Assembly (NCBI GenBank): GCA_963575745.1 | Contig: CAUYUJ010000303.1 | Coordinates: forward strand, 62,001-126,000 | DNA from: Prorocentrum cordatum | Taxonomy: Eukaryota | Length of the DNA stretch: 64,000 nucleotides | Reading direction: 5' to 3' | Shown: positions 19,797 to 33,051 of the stretch, piece after piece | How the letters are laid out: the number at the start of each line of letters is the position of its first letter | How positions within the stretch are numbered: the first letter of the stretch is position 1 | Translations under genes and position numbers: made by a program | The notes under the pieces: generated by a model | Database searches by the model: none | What the model was told of the DNA's origin: nothing | What the model saw: the letters and a program-made list of their open reading frames with translations, nothing else

Positions 19797-20365
19797 GACC
19801 GGAACGGAAACGGAAAACAGAACCCTGGAGCAGAAAACGAAAATCCGTTTTCCGTTTTCCGGTTTCCGTTTTCCGGTTTCCGTTCCATGGTTTCCGTTTT
19901 CCGGTTTCCGATCTGGGCAGAAAGCGAAGTTGCGTTTTCCGTTTTCCTTTTTCCGGTTTCCGTTTTCCGTTTTCCGGTTTCCGGTTTCTGTTTTCCGTTT
20001 TCCGGTTTCCGGTTTCCGTTTTCCGTTTTCCGGTTTGGGCAGAAAACGAAGGCCCGTTTTCCGGTTTCCGTTTTCCGGTCTCCGGTTTTCCGTTTTCCGG
20101 TTTCCGTTTTCCGGTTTTTGGTTTCCGTTTTCCGGTTTTGGCAGAAAACCAAATTCCGTTTTCCGGTTTCTGTTTTTTGGTTTCCGGTTTCCGATTTCCA
20201 GTTTCCGTTTTCCGTTTTCCGTTTTCCGTTTTCCAGTTCCCGGCCTGGGCAAAAAAGCGAAGTTCCGTTTTCCGTTTTCCGTTTTCCAGTTTCCGTTTTT
20301 CGTTTTCCGGTTTCCGGGTTCCGTTTTCCGTTTTCCGGTTTCCGTTTTCCGTTGTCCGTTTTGTA
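19797..20365. repeat. (TTTTCCG/TTTCCGG)n heptamer satellite with a short inverted start
   Basis: Dense gttttcc/ggtttcc units; ggaaac orientation at 19797-19840. Confidence 0.92.
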
Positions 20366-22659
20366 GTTTGTTTTTTATTGTTTGCCGTCCGCACCCAGCA
20401 CAGGCTTCCCCCTTTCTTGTCGTCAAAAGCTGGTACACCGAGGGGCCGTTCTTGTGGAGTTGGGCTTCAGTTTTTTTTCGGCACGCCTCGTCCAAACAAG
20501 CTGAACATTTGCCAGGGCACAAGTCAAGAGGTCGACAGTTGCATTCGAATGCCTGGTGACTGTACGGCACCACGGGCACCGGCGGATTGGCGCCAGAAGG
20601 TCCAGACTCTCCGGCCAGAGCTTCGCTACTCTCCCCGTCATCCACGCCGTCATCCTCGTCATCGGCCGCCTGGTCGTCGCCCACTTCTTTTTGTTGGTTT
20701 ACGTTCGAGCCTAACGGACAAACGCGGCGCTCTGCGTTCTTGTCCGATCAGGTTGGCGCCAGAGGGTCCGGAGTCTCCGGCCAGAGCCTCGCGAGCCGAT
20801 GGCGGTGCTGATCGTCCCCCCGACCCTCTCTCGCTGCGCCGGGCGGCCTGGCCGTTGCCGCTCGGGCGGTGCGGCAGGACGGCCCTGCCAAGCCAGCTCG
20901 TGGGTTCTCCGCGGCATGGCCAATGAGAGCTGGGACTGGGAACCCCGGATCTCTGGGCTCCGCCTCGATGGCAGGGGCCCCGAAACAGCTCGGGGAAGCT
21001 GGGCGACCACACGAGCGGCTCTCAAAAGCGGGCCTCACGCGAGATGGCACAGCGGCCTTACGCCACAGCTTACGCGGGACGCGAGCGCGGCACGCTGCGT
21101 TTTTTCCACGATCAAGAACGGGCCCTACGCGAGATTGCATAGCGGCCTAACGCGGCGGCTTGAGCGGGCCGCCAGCGACGATCAGATTTGTTCGATCTGG
21201 GCCGCGTCCCTCGATCTCGACCTCCGGGGCCCGTCTTTCGGGCCTCGGGGCCACCAGCATGGGATCCGCGGGGCGAGGCGCTACCCCCAGGGGCAGGGGT
21301 CGGGAGCTGCTGGGGGGTCGCGGATTGAACAAAAAATCAGACAGCCGGACCGAGGTGCAAGATCGAGGTCGGCTCGTGCAGGGTAACCTATTGTTCTTCG
21401 TGTTTGTGGGATGTTCCACGCGCTCGGGGCGTGACCCGTCCCCCTGAGAGGCCTCGCTCCCTTCCCGCCCCCTCCTTCGGCCGCTTCCTCTGCCCTGTCC
21501 CCTTCTCCTGCATGGTGGCGCACTTCGCTGCAGCGGCACCACCGTTTAGTTAGCTCTCCGCCAGCGCAGTTACTCTGCCTAGCCGCCGACGCAAAAAAAA
21601 AACAGTTTGCGGGATGTTTTGGGGGCATCCTGGGGGATGAGATTCTCGAGTGATCGTATGGTTTGGGTTGTTTTGGCCGGCGGATGGCCTCGTGTTCTTG
21701 CGGGATGTCCCTCAGTCCTGGGTCCGATTGAATTGGGGGATGTCTGGGGGCGACGCCGAGCCCCCCCCGCCCCATGTTTGCTGCTTACCGCCTGCCCCCC
21801 CGCCAACCAACAGTCTTCCCTCCCCAGTCAAAGATTGATGCGCCGAGGGGGGCTGTTCCGGCGGAGTTGGGGTTCAATTCAACTTCGGCGTGCCCTGCCC
21901 ACTTGGATTTCGTTCCTCATGTGGCAAAGATCAAGAGGTCCACGGATGCATTACATTGATCCGTGCGTTCGCAGATATGGCCGCGCCCGAGCAGGAGGAG
22001 GGGCCAGAGGTCGTTCTCTGGCCTGGGAGATTTGCACTTCTCCTCGGCGAGCGCCAGAGGAAGTGGCCTGGGGGCGCCGATGGGCACCTAGCACCGCTGG
22101 CGAACACAGATGGCGGGAGCGAGGAGAGCCTAACCGCCTCTCCCTTTTGGGCTTAGCTGGTTCTCGCGCTCGGTGACGATGAGCAGGCCGCACAGTGCTC
22201 GCCAGCAGGGCCTGACTTCCACGAGTGGGAGTTCGCCAGCCACGCGTGGGTCACAGCTCGGGGGCCATTCATAGAGAGGTTCGGCCGAAACTTAACCGAG
22301 GCTGGGATCGACCCTCTCCGAGTTCTCGTCCCGCGAGGCTACTTCAGAAGATGGTACTGGCCAGGTCAGACAGAGCAAGACGGAAAGATTTGTGCAGAGG
22401 GTATGTAATGATGCCCGCGTGCTTCAGTTTCTTGCCTTCCACTGCCCGCGGTGTCGGCGAGATTTATTGGACATATGTTACACTAGCTTACGCCACGCCG
22501 CCGACCCCCTAGGCCTGCAGATGCCCAGATCTTAGTCTAGGCGCTTCGCGTAACTCCACGAGCGCATGCAGAAACGATGTCCAGGCGAGTTGCCCTGATC
22601 CCGGATACGGAGGAGCACGCAGTGGAATAAGGGATTGGGGAAGCCGTCATACAACGAGA

Positions 22660-23510
22660 GGGGGAGGACAGAGGAGGAGGAGAAGGAGGAGGAGGAGGAG
22701 GAGGAGGAGAAGGATGAGGGAGAGGGAGAGGGGGGGGGCGGAGGGAGGAGGGAGGAGGAATAGGCGGATGAGGAATAGGAGAAGGAGGAGGAGGAAGAGG
22801 AGGAGGAGGTGAGCTGAAGGGCCAGAGGCCTCCTGCATGCCTCTCGGAATCTCTTCGTATGTCTCTTGAGAGCTTCTTGGAGTCCTGCTTGGACGTCTTG
22901 GGGGCGCCCTGGCGGTCCCAGGACCCTCTTGCAGCGTCTTGGTACCTCAGGCCTCTTGGGGGGTTATTGGGAGCTTCCTGGGGACCTCTTTGTGGCCTCT
23001 TGGGGCCGCTTGGGCGCCTCCTGGTGCCCTCCTGGGGCACTCTTGGAAGCCTTGGAGACCATCTTTGGGCCATCTTGGAAGAGCTCGATCAAAGAAGGGG
23101 GGTCCTTCTTAGCCTCTCCCCCCCCACCCCCCAACACCTCAGGAGAATCAGTGATTTGTAGAATCTCGCCGAGGCCTTCTTGGACGCTCAAATCGGTCGC
23201 GGCACCTCCATTCCAGGTCCAGGGGAGGGGGTGGGGGGAGGGGTTAAGTCACCCCCTCCCCGCCCGCAGGCCGTCTCGCTCAATCCCACCCGCCCTCCCA
23301 ACACATACGTAGCACCCGAGTCTGGCCCAAGCCTCGGCATATTCAGCAGTCGTCTTGGGATGGGGAGCTACTGGGGGCCAATCCGGCTCCGCCTCCTCCT
23401 CCTCCTCGTCCTCCTCCTCCTCCTTCTCCTCTTCCTCCTCGTCCTCCTCCTCCTCCTCCTCCTCCTCCTCCTCCTCCTCCTCCTCCTCCTCCTCCTCCTC
23501 CTCCTCCTCC
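22660..23510. repeat. (GGA)n, GGGGCCTCTT units and (CCT)n simple repeats
   Basis: Direct reading of the sequence. Confidence 0.8.
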
Positions 23511-23559
23511 CATCTCTTGCCCCCGCACTCCGCATGTCCTCATCATCACTATATGCGTG

Positions 23560-24060
23560 CAGGCAGTTCCACCTACATGTCGGCGAACCCCTCACACGCT
23601 CCGTGGCCACATTGGGTGCTCCACCAAAGGCCCCAGGGCAGGGTCCGCATGCAGTTCCACCTCCATTTCGGCGCACCCCTCACGCGCTTCGTGGCCACAT
23701 TGGGTGCTCCACCGAAGGCCCCAGTGACAGGATCCGCACGCAGTTCCACCTCCATGTCGGCGCACCCCTCACACGTTTCGTGGCCCCACTGCGATCGCAC
23801 GGTGGCACCGCGCCCATTTCGGCACACCCCTCAGAAGCGTCGTGGCCCTAGGCGGGCCTCTACTGAAGGCTCCATTGGCTGCTTTCGCCAGGCGGCACCG
23901 CGCCCGCGTCGGCACGACCCTCGCACGCTTCGCGGCCCAAAAGGGGGCTCCACCGGAGGCCCCAGGAGCTGCGTTCGCATGGCGGCCCCGCACCCAAGGC
24001 GATACACTCTTCACGCGTTTCATGGCCCCGTAGGAAGCTCCACAAAAGGCTCCAATGGTC
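23560..24060. repeat. Degenerate minisatellite (CACCCCTCACGCGCTTCGTGGCCCC...CTCCACCGAAGGCCCC)
   Basis: About six diverged copies. Confidence 0.7.
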
Positions 24061-24659
24061 GCGGCGGTGGTCGTGCGACTGCTCGTCGGGCCCGGGAGCG
24101 GCAATGGTCGCGTCGGGCACCGCGGCCGCACTGGTCGTGGTGAGGCTGTCATGGGAATCGCGGCGTGTCGTGGTTGTGGCCGTACTAATGGTCGTCGGGC
24201 CCGTGGTGGTGGTCGCGTCGGAGCTGGTAGTGGTCGCGGCGGTGGGAGTGGTGGCCGCGCTGGTGGTAGCAGTGGTAGTGCTCGTGCCGGTGGCGCTCGC
24301 GCTTGGCTGTTCACGCCGCGCCAGGCAGCACATCGGCGCTGCTGAACGCGAGACGGCGCTGGATCTCCCGCCAAACGGTGGGAAGCGCAGAGACGACCAC
24401 TCGACCTCTGGCAGATCCCGGCCGCAGGAACACACACGCAGGCGGCCAGCTCTGAAGGGGCCCCATGACACACAAATTAATACACACAAATGAACAGATT
24501 CCCTATATTTTCATATATTTTCTAGGTTTTTGTCTTTCCCCACACTTCCCATATTTTCCCATATTTTCTGGGGGATCGACAATTAATTGTGACTGTGTTT
24601 TTTCCCTCCTGAAGTTCGTCAGCCGGCTTGCCCCTGGACTCCAAGACAGCTGGGAGCAG

Positions 24660-24870
24660 CCGCGCCGCTGCCCGCCGCCGCCGCCGCCGCGCCGCCGCCG
24701 CCCGCCGCCGCCGCCGCCGCCGCCCCCCGCTGCCAAACCGCCGCCGCACCGCCGCCGCCGCCGCCGCCGCAGCCGCCGCCCGCCGCCGCCGCGCCGCCGC
24801 CGCCGCCGCGCCGCGCCGCCGCAGCCGCCGCAGCCGCCGCCGCCGCAGCCGCCGCAGCCGCCGCCGCCGC
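24660..24870. repeat. (CCG)n microsatellite
   Basis: Direct reading of the sequence. Confidence 0.92.
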
Positions 24871-24964
24871 CAAGTGTATTCTGTATTGTTTTTTTGACAG
24901 GGATGGTGGGGGGGGGGCCGCATCGGGTTGGCTGCGCATGTTCCGAATTTGGAGGCAGAGTGCG

Positions 24965-24995
<31 letters not shown>

Positions 24996-25699
24996 AGGGA
25001 TGGCGGGGGGTGTCGGCATGGACTCGGGTTGGCCCCCAGTCGCCTGGGGGAGGGGGTGTTTGTTAATAGGGAGCAGTGATTCAGTTACCCACAAGCAACG
25101 AACCGTCTCGCTTGTTCCCACCCGCCCTCCCAACACATAAGAAGCACCCGAGTTTCAGCGTGGACAGGGGCCACCATCGACAGCTATCTGGAACCACTGC
25201 AAACGCCAGCCAGGTGCGCGAAGCCCGCGAGATGGGCCGCACATGTCAGCTGCGCCACGCGGGCCAGGTGCGCCACATTGGGTAACATGTCGACCCTCCC
25301 ACCGCCCCTGTCAAACACCGTACACAGTGACGGCGGGTTTGTTGTGTGCGGGTGTGCGCGCGGCGAACAATGTGCCGGCACCGCCGCCGTCCTTGTCAAG
25401 ACCCCATGCTAAGTGGTCGTGGGATGCCCGCGCATGCTCCAGGCTCCAGAGGCAAAGTTTATGCTGTATGGCTTTTGACAGGGATGTTGTGGGGGGTGTT
25501 GCCATGGGTGTCGTTATGGATCCAGATTGGCTGCCAGTCGGGCCAGGGAGGGGGTGTTTATTCCTCAATCAGAGGGGTCATAGCGGATTCATATGGTTAG
25601 GTTAGGTTTGTCGCCGATTTTCGCTGCCCGCCCGGGTGCCTGGGGGCGCCCGGGGGGGCCAGGGGGCCAGGGGGCCCGGGGGCCCGGGCGTGCCCAGGG

Positions 25700-25830
25700 G
25701 TGCCCTATAGCCCTATAGCCCTAAGCACTATAGCCCAATAGCCCAACAGCCCTACAATTTTATAACCCTATAGCTCTATAGACCTATAGCTCAATAGCCC
25801 TATAGCCCCTTAGCCCTATAGCCCTGATTG
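25700..25830. repeat. (CTATAGCC)n minisatellite; TTGCAGGGT units follow at 26005-26150
   Basis: Direct reading of the sequence. Confidence 0.8.
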
Positions 25831-27257
25831 GGTCTTTTCTCCGGTATCATTCTAATGAGAAAAATGATAGGCCCCTCCCCGAAGGCGAAGCAGGGGAGTT
25901 GGAAGAGGCAATTTGCTAGACCACTCACGCCCAGCGGGCTCGGGGATTAGAAAGCGTGTGGAGGAACCGCTTCTGACCTCCTCCACCCAGAGGGCGCGCG
26001 GTCGTTTTGCAGGGTATTTCAGGGTGGTTTGCAGGGTATTGCATGGTACTGCAGGGGTTTGGTTTGCAGGGTCGTTTTCCAAGGTATTGCAGGGTGTTGC
26101 AGGGTCAGCACGGAATCTTTGCACCCCTCTTTTGCAGAATATTGCAGGGGGTGCGGCGAGGTCCAGGGGAGAGGGTAGGGAGAGGGGTTTCTGGAAAGCT
26201 ACCAGAGGAAACGCCGTAGACCACCTCCGCCCAGAGGACTGGCGGGATTTGTCATCGGTAATCGACGAACGCGCTGCTATTGTTGACGCTTCACATATCC
26301 CCACCAGCCCATCCAGAAACGATGCCCAGGAGAGTTGAGATGATACGAGAAGTGGGGGAGCATGCAGAAGGACAAAGGGCGGGGGACGCCGTCATATACC
26401 GCAGGAGGGGGAGGATGGAGGAAGAACCGTCGTCGTCGAAGGAGGAGGAGGAGGAGGAGGCGGAGTAGGGCGAGGACGACGAGGACGAGAAGGAGGAGAA
26501 GGAGGGAGAGTTGGGTACCTCGGAGATCCTCTTGGGGCCTCGTATAGGGTCTTTCGGGAGCCTCTTGGAGGCATCTTCGGGCTGCCTGAGCGCCTCTTGG
26601 GGCCCTCCTGGGCCGCTCTTGGGAGCTTTAGGGGCGCTGTTGGGGCCATCTTGGAGGACATCGATCACAAAAAGGTGAGCTTCAATTTGCCTCCCCCCTT
26701 GGGAGCACCGACAATCGCCTCCTGGACCTCTCTTGGATCGCTCTTGGGGCGCTCTTGGGGCCGTCCTGGGGCTCTCTTGGGCCTCTCCTGGGGCTCTCCT
26801 GGGCCATTTTGGATGCACCTTAAGGCTTCGGATGGCCATCAAAAGCGAAAAGGCGAGAAAGCAAAAATCATTCATTTTCTTTTGGTGTTTGAAGGAGTTT
26901 GGCTTCTTGGGGGCCTCTTTGGAGGTCTCGGAAGCCTCTTGGAGCAGTCTTGGAACGTTTTGGGGGCTTCTTGAAATCAGATCGTCGTTGTCCTTCGGTC
27001 TGGCCAGCCCGCGCGCCGGCTCCGCTCGGGAAGAGGGACGAGGAGGAGGAGGAGGGAACGAGGAGGGAGACAGGGAGGTGAGGGCAGGATCAACGAGGGG
27101 GGAGGCAGGAGGGAGGGAGGGAGGAAGCCTGGCAAAGGGAACGGGGAGGGAGGAGGGGCGGGGGGGGGGCAAGAGGGAGAGAGGAGGAAGGGAGGCTCCT
27201 CCTCCTCTTCCTCTTTCTCCTCCTCCTCCTCCTTTTCCTCCTCCTCCTCCTCCTCCG

Positions 27258-27955
27258 ATTTTCGTTTTCCGGTTTCCGTTTTCCGGTTTCCGCTTTCCGT
27301 TTTCCGTTTTCCGTTTTCCGCTTTCCGTTTTCCGGTTTCCGTTTTACGGTTTCCGGTTTCCGTTTTCCGTTTTCCATTTTCCGATTTGCGTTTTCCGGTT
27401 TCCGTTTTCCGGTTCCGGTTTCCGGTTTCCGTTTTCCGTTTTCCGGTTCCGGTGCTCTCCCGTGGGCACCCGCGTCCTTCTACGCCATTTTCCGTTTTCC
27501 GTTTTCCGATTCCGGTGGTCTGCCGTCGGCTCCCGGCTCCCTCTTCGCTGTTTTCCGGTTTCTGCTTTCCGTTTTCCGGTTTCCGGTTCCGGTCTCCGTT
27601 TTCCGTTTCCCGTTTTCCCGTTCCGGTGCTTTCCCGTGGTCCCTCGCGTCTTTCTGCGCCGTTTTCTTTTTTCCGTTTTCCGTTTTCCGATTCCGGTGGT
27701 CTCCCGTCGGCCTCCGCTTCCCTCTTCGCTGTTTTCCGTTTTCCCCTTTCCGGTTTCCCGTTTCCGTTTTCTGGTTCCGGTTTCCGCTTTCCGTTTTCCG
27801 TTTTCCGGTTCCGGTGCTCTCCCGTCACCCCCCGCGTCTTTCTTCTCCGTTTTCCGTTTTCCCTTTTCCGTTTTCCGATTATTGTCGTCTGCCGTCGGCC
27901 TCCGCTTCCTTCTTCGCTGTTTTCCGGTTTCCGGTTTCCGGTTCCGGTTTCCGCT
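27258..27955. repeat. (TTTTCCG)n heptamer satellite with higher-order subunits
   Basis: Same family as 19797-20365. Confidence 0.92.
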
Positions 27956-27986
27956 CCCCCTCCGGCCCAGCGGAACCATCTCCGGT

Positions 27987-28544
27987 GATGATCACTTTTG
28001 CGAAGGACACCTGGCGACCGGAGAGGGACAGCATGATGAGGTCCAACTTCGTGTGGCCTTGCTGGTCCGCGCGGCGAGCTGACCGCACTGCTGCCAACGC
28101 CTTTTTCGCATGGTGGACGAGGTCACGTCCACCTGCGTAAGGCCAACACCCGGAGCTGGCAACGTTTTCGTAAAGAGCCCAAGAGCATCGTCATCGTTCA
28201 ATATTTTAATGGTCTCCGCGAGAGCCAGGAGCTCGGCTGCGCGGGTTTTCTTGTGCTCCTCCCACTCCGCAGCCTTCGTGTCGCATCCTTTCTCCAGCTC
28301 CGTCAGGAAAGTCTTGTCTTCGGCGAGGCTTTCGGACGTGTCATCCATGTCGTCCTTCATCTGCACGATGGCAACGCCGAGGTCGCCGATCTTCGTCGCC
28401 TTGGCCTCGATCGCTTCCGTCAGGGAATTCACCTCCGCCGTCTTGGTTTTCATGAGCTCGCCGTACGTGAAGACCGCCTTCTCCTCAGCGATCATGCTCT
28501 CTGCTAGGCTGGTGGCCATGCTGTCCCCAAGCTGCTTCAGCAAA
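27987..28544 (-). pseudogene. Host coiled-coil protein gene, fragment 4
   Basis: LLKQLGDSMATSLAE...KTAEVNSLTEAIEAK...LAEDKTFLTELEKGC...ELLALAETIKILNDDDAL; one frameshift in an A-run at ~28105; joins fragment 3 in frame across a 13-bp TSD. Confidence 0.85.
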
Positions 28545-28844
28545 GATGATAGTGTGTACATCAGTAACAACCGATCGTAGGTTAGAGACTGGAGCGTAAT
28601 TCAGTTGAAGACAAGCATACCAGCCCACAACATAGCAAGCCAAAAATAGTGAGAACACCAAGGCGACCTGCTACATGACGTCGTGGGGGTAAGCCCGCTT
28701 GGTCGTAGTCATGATCTTGAGCGCCAATGAACACACTGCCTCTTGAAGAACCGCTCGTCTCTCGCAGCTACCTGCTGCGTGGAGGGTCATCCAACCAGGC
28801 TTCGTAGTCACCCGAGGCTGCAGCCCCCACCACGTAGAACACAT

Positions 28845-31800
28845 TCAGAACTTGGAAGAAATACTCGAACGGTCGAGGTCGAAGTAGCCGCATTCAATCA
28901 GCAGGTGCCTCATAGTGCAATGCACCTCCAGTCCACAAAAATTGCAATGAGTAGTATTTGATATCCTACGCGCCGGCGTCCAAACAGCACCGCCGCGAAA
29001 AACTTGAAGGAGCGCAACCTCCACCCGTGATAGCCCAGCTCTGAACTTGGCCCAGGACGGTCTGGAGCTCGCCTCAAGGTCGATGAATTCATTGCCCTCG
29101 GAGTCCTGGCGGTCGGTGTTGATCTGCTCGAAGCACCTCGCGCGGCGCACCTGGCGCAGCCAGCGCAACGCTTGCTCCTCGTCGCTCCACGCAAAACGCC
29201 GTACTCCAAAGATCTGCTTGATTAATCTGCTTGGCTCATCGGTGGCTCTAGAGAACAAGATACCCCGATCAGGATCATAACGAATGAACTCGAGGCCGAC
29301 GTTCTCGAAGAAGCTCCGAAGGTTTGTGGCCAAGAAAAAAGCTCCAGCGAAGGTCCCAGTTCGTCAACCTCTTGGCTGCGAGCAACAGCATGCTGCAACT
29401 TAAATGCATGTGAATATTACCAGCCCAGAAACGCCCTCGGCACCACCAGGTACACCTCGTGCGTAAAAAGGCGGCGGTGCAATAGCGTCTGAAGTTCAGG
29501 AGGCGGTAAGCCGAAAATCGGGCAGCACCAACTCCACAACGGCTTTACATAGGTCTGAAGAACGAAGCTCCGAGTATCTATCCCTCCAGGTACGTCTCGA
29601 AGTGGCCTAGCAGCCTGCAATGCATTGGACCATCCACCGGCGGGGCGAACGGGTCGTAGTGGGTTGTCTGGTGTAGCCAAAACTCCAGTATGTTCAACCG
29701 CGCCCGTGTCCAAGTCGAACATGTCGGCGAAGCAAGGTCGGTCTTCAGCATCTCCCCATTCTGGGCGATTATACTCCTGTCATCCATGAAGATGTATTTG
29801 TTACCATTGATCTCCCACGGAGAGAGGGCCCGGCACAACGCCTTTGGAGCCACAGAGTCGCCCTGGGCTAAAGAACGAGAAGGTCATGACGTCCGAGAAG
29901 AAGAAACTTCCCCAGATATTTGGCACAGCCGAGGCCCTTTCCAGGCCGCCTGCGCCACTCGTGTAACTGCTGGGGGTACACGTACACGTAGTAGCGCCAC
30001 CGTCGCCACAGCATGGGGTACATGGTCGTAGCACTTGTTCAAGTCCCTCTCCGCGCCGCAACCACCGTTCTGGCAGGAGCACAACCATTCGCGCGCCGCT
30101 TCAACAACTGAGACGCCTGGACCGCACGCATATTGATCCGCTGGGGACTTGGCAATGACGGCTCGCACGACGTAAGCCATATACGTAAAATAAGTGAAGC
30201 AACTCCAATTGGCCTGGGCGAAGATGGATCATTTTTGAGGATCCCGACGACCCGCCGCGCGAAGAGCATCTTGGCAATCTGGACGTCCGTGATGGTCATG
30301 GCCATCAGGAACTTCATCGTGGTCTTCCAGAGCTCGTGGAGCTCGGTGATGGCGTTCGGGAACAGCTTGGCGAGCAGTTTGATCTCCTTGGCCGTCCAGC
30401 CGTCGAAGCCCGCGCTGCCCTTGGTCTTCTGAATAGCCTTGTGCAGGTCGGCCACCGTGGGCAGCCAGCCCTCCGCGCACGTGCTGACGGGGGGCCCCCC
30501 CGCACTTGCGACGCGTGCCGCGCCCAGTCCTGCGCGCACTTCTGCTCGTCGAGCTGGGCGGAGCTGGGGCGCCAGACCCTCTCCCACTCGTCCGCCATGG
30601 ACTCTGCCGCGAACGAGGGGCACTCTGTTGCCGCATGCATAATATGAGAGGTCGCCTTCCAAGGGTCCTGAGTCCACTCGGAGAAAAACTGCTTCTACTT
30701 CTTAAATCCATAAATCTTGGAGGCCTGCTCATACTTGGAGATGGCGCGGTTGACGACCTCGCGGGCCAAGGCGTACGCAACGCGTCCCTCGGGGAACTCT
30801 TCGGCGTGGCGAGCAGTAGCAAGGCCCATATACTTGCGCATGAAGTGCGGCGCCGGAGTCGCGTGGGCTTCATCTCGTCGATGCTAGGCCATCTGTGAAC
30901 CGACACGCTTAAGCCGACTAAGGGCAACAGGTTCAGGGGCTCGTCGAGGCGGACGAGGTAGAACTGGGCGCGAGGCTGGGAGGGGCCCTTTCGGTCGCTC
31001 AGCCTTGCCCTCCTCCAGCACCAGGCCCGTGTCACAGGCTTTGCGTACAAGAAGTTCAGCGCGCTCATGCCAGGCAGCCCGCCGGCGCACCAAAGCAGAC
31101 GGTCCCGCGCCCTCCGCGGCCAGAAGCTCAGCAGGAGTTGCGTCGTCAAAAGTAGCACGATACTCAATTTCAGCCAACGTAGTCAGACCCCTTTCGTCAT
31201 CGCGAAAGCGGCGCCCTTCCACAGAAGAACCACGACGCCTGAGGCGAGTCGTCTGCAGCCTGACAGTCTGCAAGTCAACTTTGAACTCCACCAGAACCAG
31301 ACCACGGCATGGCACTGAAGGCAAACAACTTGTCGAAGAAGAAGAGATACCGCACCTGAACGCAAACCCACGTGCAGGCGCCGTCGTTGCCGTAGTGGTC
31401 ACCGAATCGAAGGTCCGCCTGAAGAAATCCAGCTGGGAAGCATGTCCGCGTGGACGCGCCTCCAGTTGAGGTCCCCGGCGATGACCCAAGGCCGAGCACG
31501 ATCAGAACCTTCAGCTGCAAGCTGGCGATGAAAAAGCAAGGACCGAGCCCCACCAAGGAGGTTCAGCACGTTGAGCTGGCCCATGCGCCGAACAGAATAT
31601 TTTCTCGACGAAGAGAAATAGAAACAAGCCGACGATCAGGCCCACGATGTACGGCAGCAGGTCCACGATAAGAGTTCCACAGAATCGCTGCGCCCCCGTG
31701 CTGCGTAGATCCTGCTCTCGACTTCGGGGGCGGAAGAGAAATGCCCCCCCCCGCCCGCGCCGCTGGGCGAGGTTGGACGCCCAGGCAACTCTCGTAGATG

Positions 31801-32017
31801 CCAACCGCGTTTCTTGAAGACGAAGAATATCAGCACCCGCTGCAGCATCCAAGACATCCTGCAGCCGATCCCGCCTCAACATCGCAACGTTCGCCGCAAA
31901 AAATATCGGGCTCTGAAGCCTGAGGAACCTTACCACCACCAACGAGAGGACCAGGTTCACGTGCATGTCGCCCCGCGCCTCCAGGAGGAGCCCGCGGGAA
32001 GGCCCGAGGCCCCCCAC
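28845..32017 (-). pseudogene. LINE A ORF2: AP endonuclease, reverse transcriptase and C-terminal zinc finger, multiply frameshifted
   Basis: FAANV, LQETRL and AGDLNW (EN); PRPIG, DLNKCYD, QGDS and FMDD (RT); CNFC..HLLIEC. Confidence 0.85.
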
Positions 32018-32033
32018 TGAAGGCGGGGCGCCG

Positions 32034-33014
32034 TCACCGAGAGGTGGCGGACGGAGAGGGCGCCTTCTTCAGCTCCAGCCTCAGCTTGGCCTCCTTCCTC
32101 TTCTTCAGCTTGACGGCCTTCTGCTTGGGACTTTCTGTGGCCATCTTCCTGGCGTAGTGGGCCCGCCGCTTGGCAAGCTGGTCGGGCGACTTCCTGGCCC
32201 CCCGTCTCTTGGCATCCTGCCTCTCGGCGGTGGCCGCGCACCCGGGTGTCTTATCGGCCCGTCCCTTGCGACCGTGCGCCGCGCTGGTCTTGCGGTAGTT
32301 ATTGCGCTGCTTCTTGGTGAAGAAGAGTCGAAGCAGTTCATCTCGCGTCACCCCTGCTGGGCGATGCTTGCAGATGAGCCTGACCTTGGCGTGAGGCTGG
32401 CACTCCTTGTCGCACCTAGCGCACTTGTAGGTGGTGGCGTTCGTGTTCTTCCAGGAGGTGGACTCAATCCGCGAGGGGTCGGTCACGCATATAGCATCGC
32501 GAATCCGCTCGGGGAGCCCATCTTTCCAAGCCTGGTAGCTGGCAAGGGCTTGCTGTCGGCGTCGTTCTTTTTTCTCTGGCGTATGGAGACAATGGTAAGC
32601 CCTGGCGGCGCGGTACGCTGCCGTAGTAGGAGGCGGGTCGTGACCGCGGCAGACTCTCCAATGTTGAAAAGCTTGGCGTCGAGCATCGCTGAAGTCGGTC
32701 ATGTCCTTGGGCTTCCAACCACAACCAATCGTAGGGCACTGCAGATGAAGTCCAGGCTCGTAGTTGATGGTAAGAAGCTCGGCGTCAACCTCCTTCTCGC
32801 CCACTTCGGGTCTCGAACTCGCTGCCGTCTTGGACTTCAAGGTCTTCTGGCCGCTCCCCACCGGTGTCCTTCTCGAGGTCGGCGTAGTTGCGGCCTGCTG
32901 CGTCTTCTGCTTGGGGCTCCGTAGTCCCAGAAGAGAATTGCATCGAGGTGCCGACTTCAGAAGGCGCCGACACACTCTCAGTGGCCCGCGATCCTGCAGC
33001 CAATCCCTTCCCAC
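32034..33014 (-). CDS. LINE A basic Cys/His-rich ORF
   Basis: CPTIGC..HWRVC and CARC..ICKH motifs; Lys/Arg-rich. Confidence 0.5.
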   Translation of the reverse strand: MGRDWLQDRGPLRVCRRLLKSAPRCNSLLGLRSPKQKTQQAATTPTSRRTPVGSGQKTLKSKTAASSRPEVGEKEVDAELLTINYEPGLHLQCPTIGCGWKPKDMTDFSDARRQAFQHWRVCRGHDPPPTTAAYRAARAYHCLHTPEKKERRRQQALASYQAWKDGLPERIRDAICVTDPSRIESTSWKNTNATTYKCARCDKECQPHAKVRLICKHRPAGVTRDELLRLFFTKKQRNNYRKTSAAHGRKGRADKTPGCAATAERQDAKRRGARKSPDQLAKRRAHYARKMATESPKQKAVKLKKRKEAKLRLELKKAPSPSATSR

Positions 33015-33051
33015 GCAGGCCCACCGCAGGGTAGGCGTAGGCCTTGTTCCG

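Noticed and set aside
19797..20365. Heptamer array as a telomere
   Set aside because: The unit is not TTTAGGG-like, and it is internal and degenerate.
19537..20926. FRFP/ENGKRK repeat ORFs (also 26733-28082)
   Set aside because: They are translations of the TTTTCCG heptamer, open in many frames.
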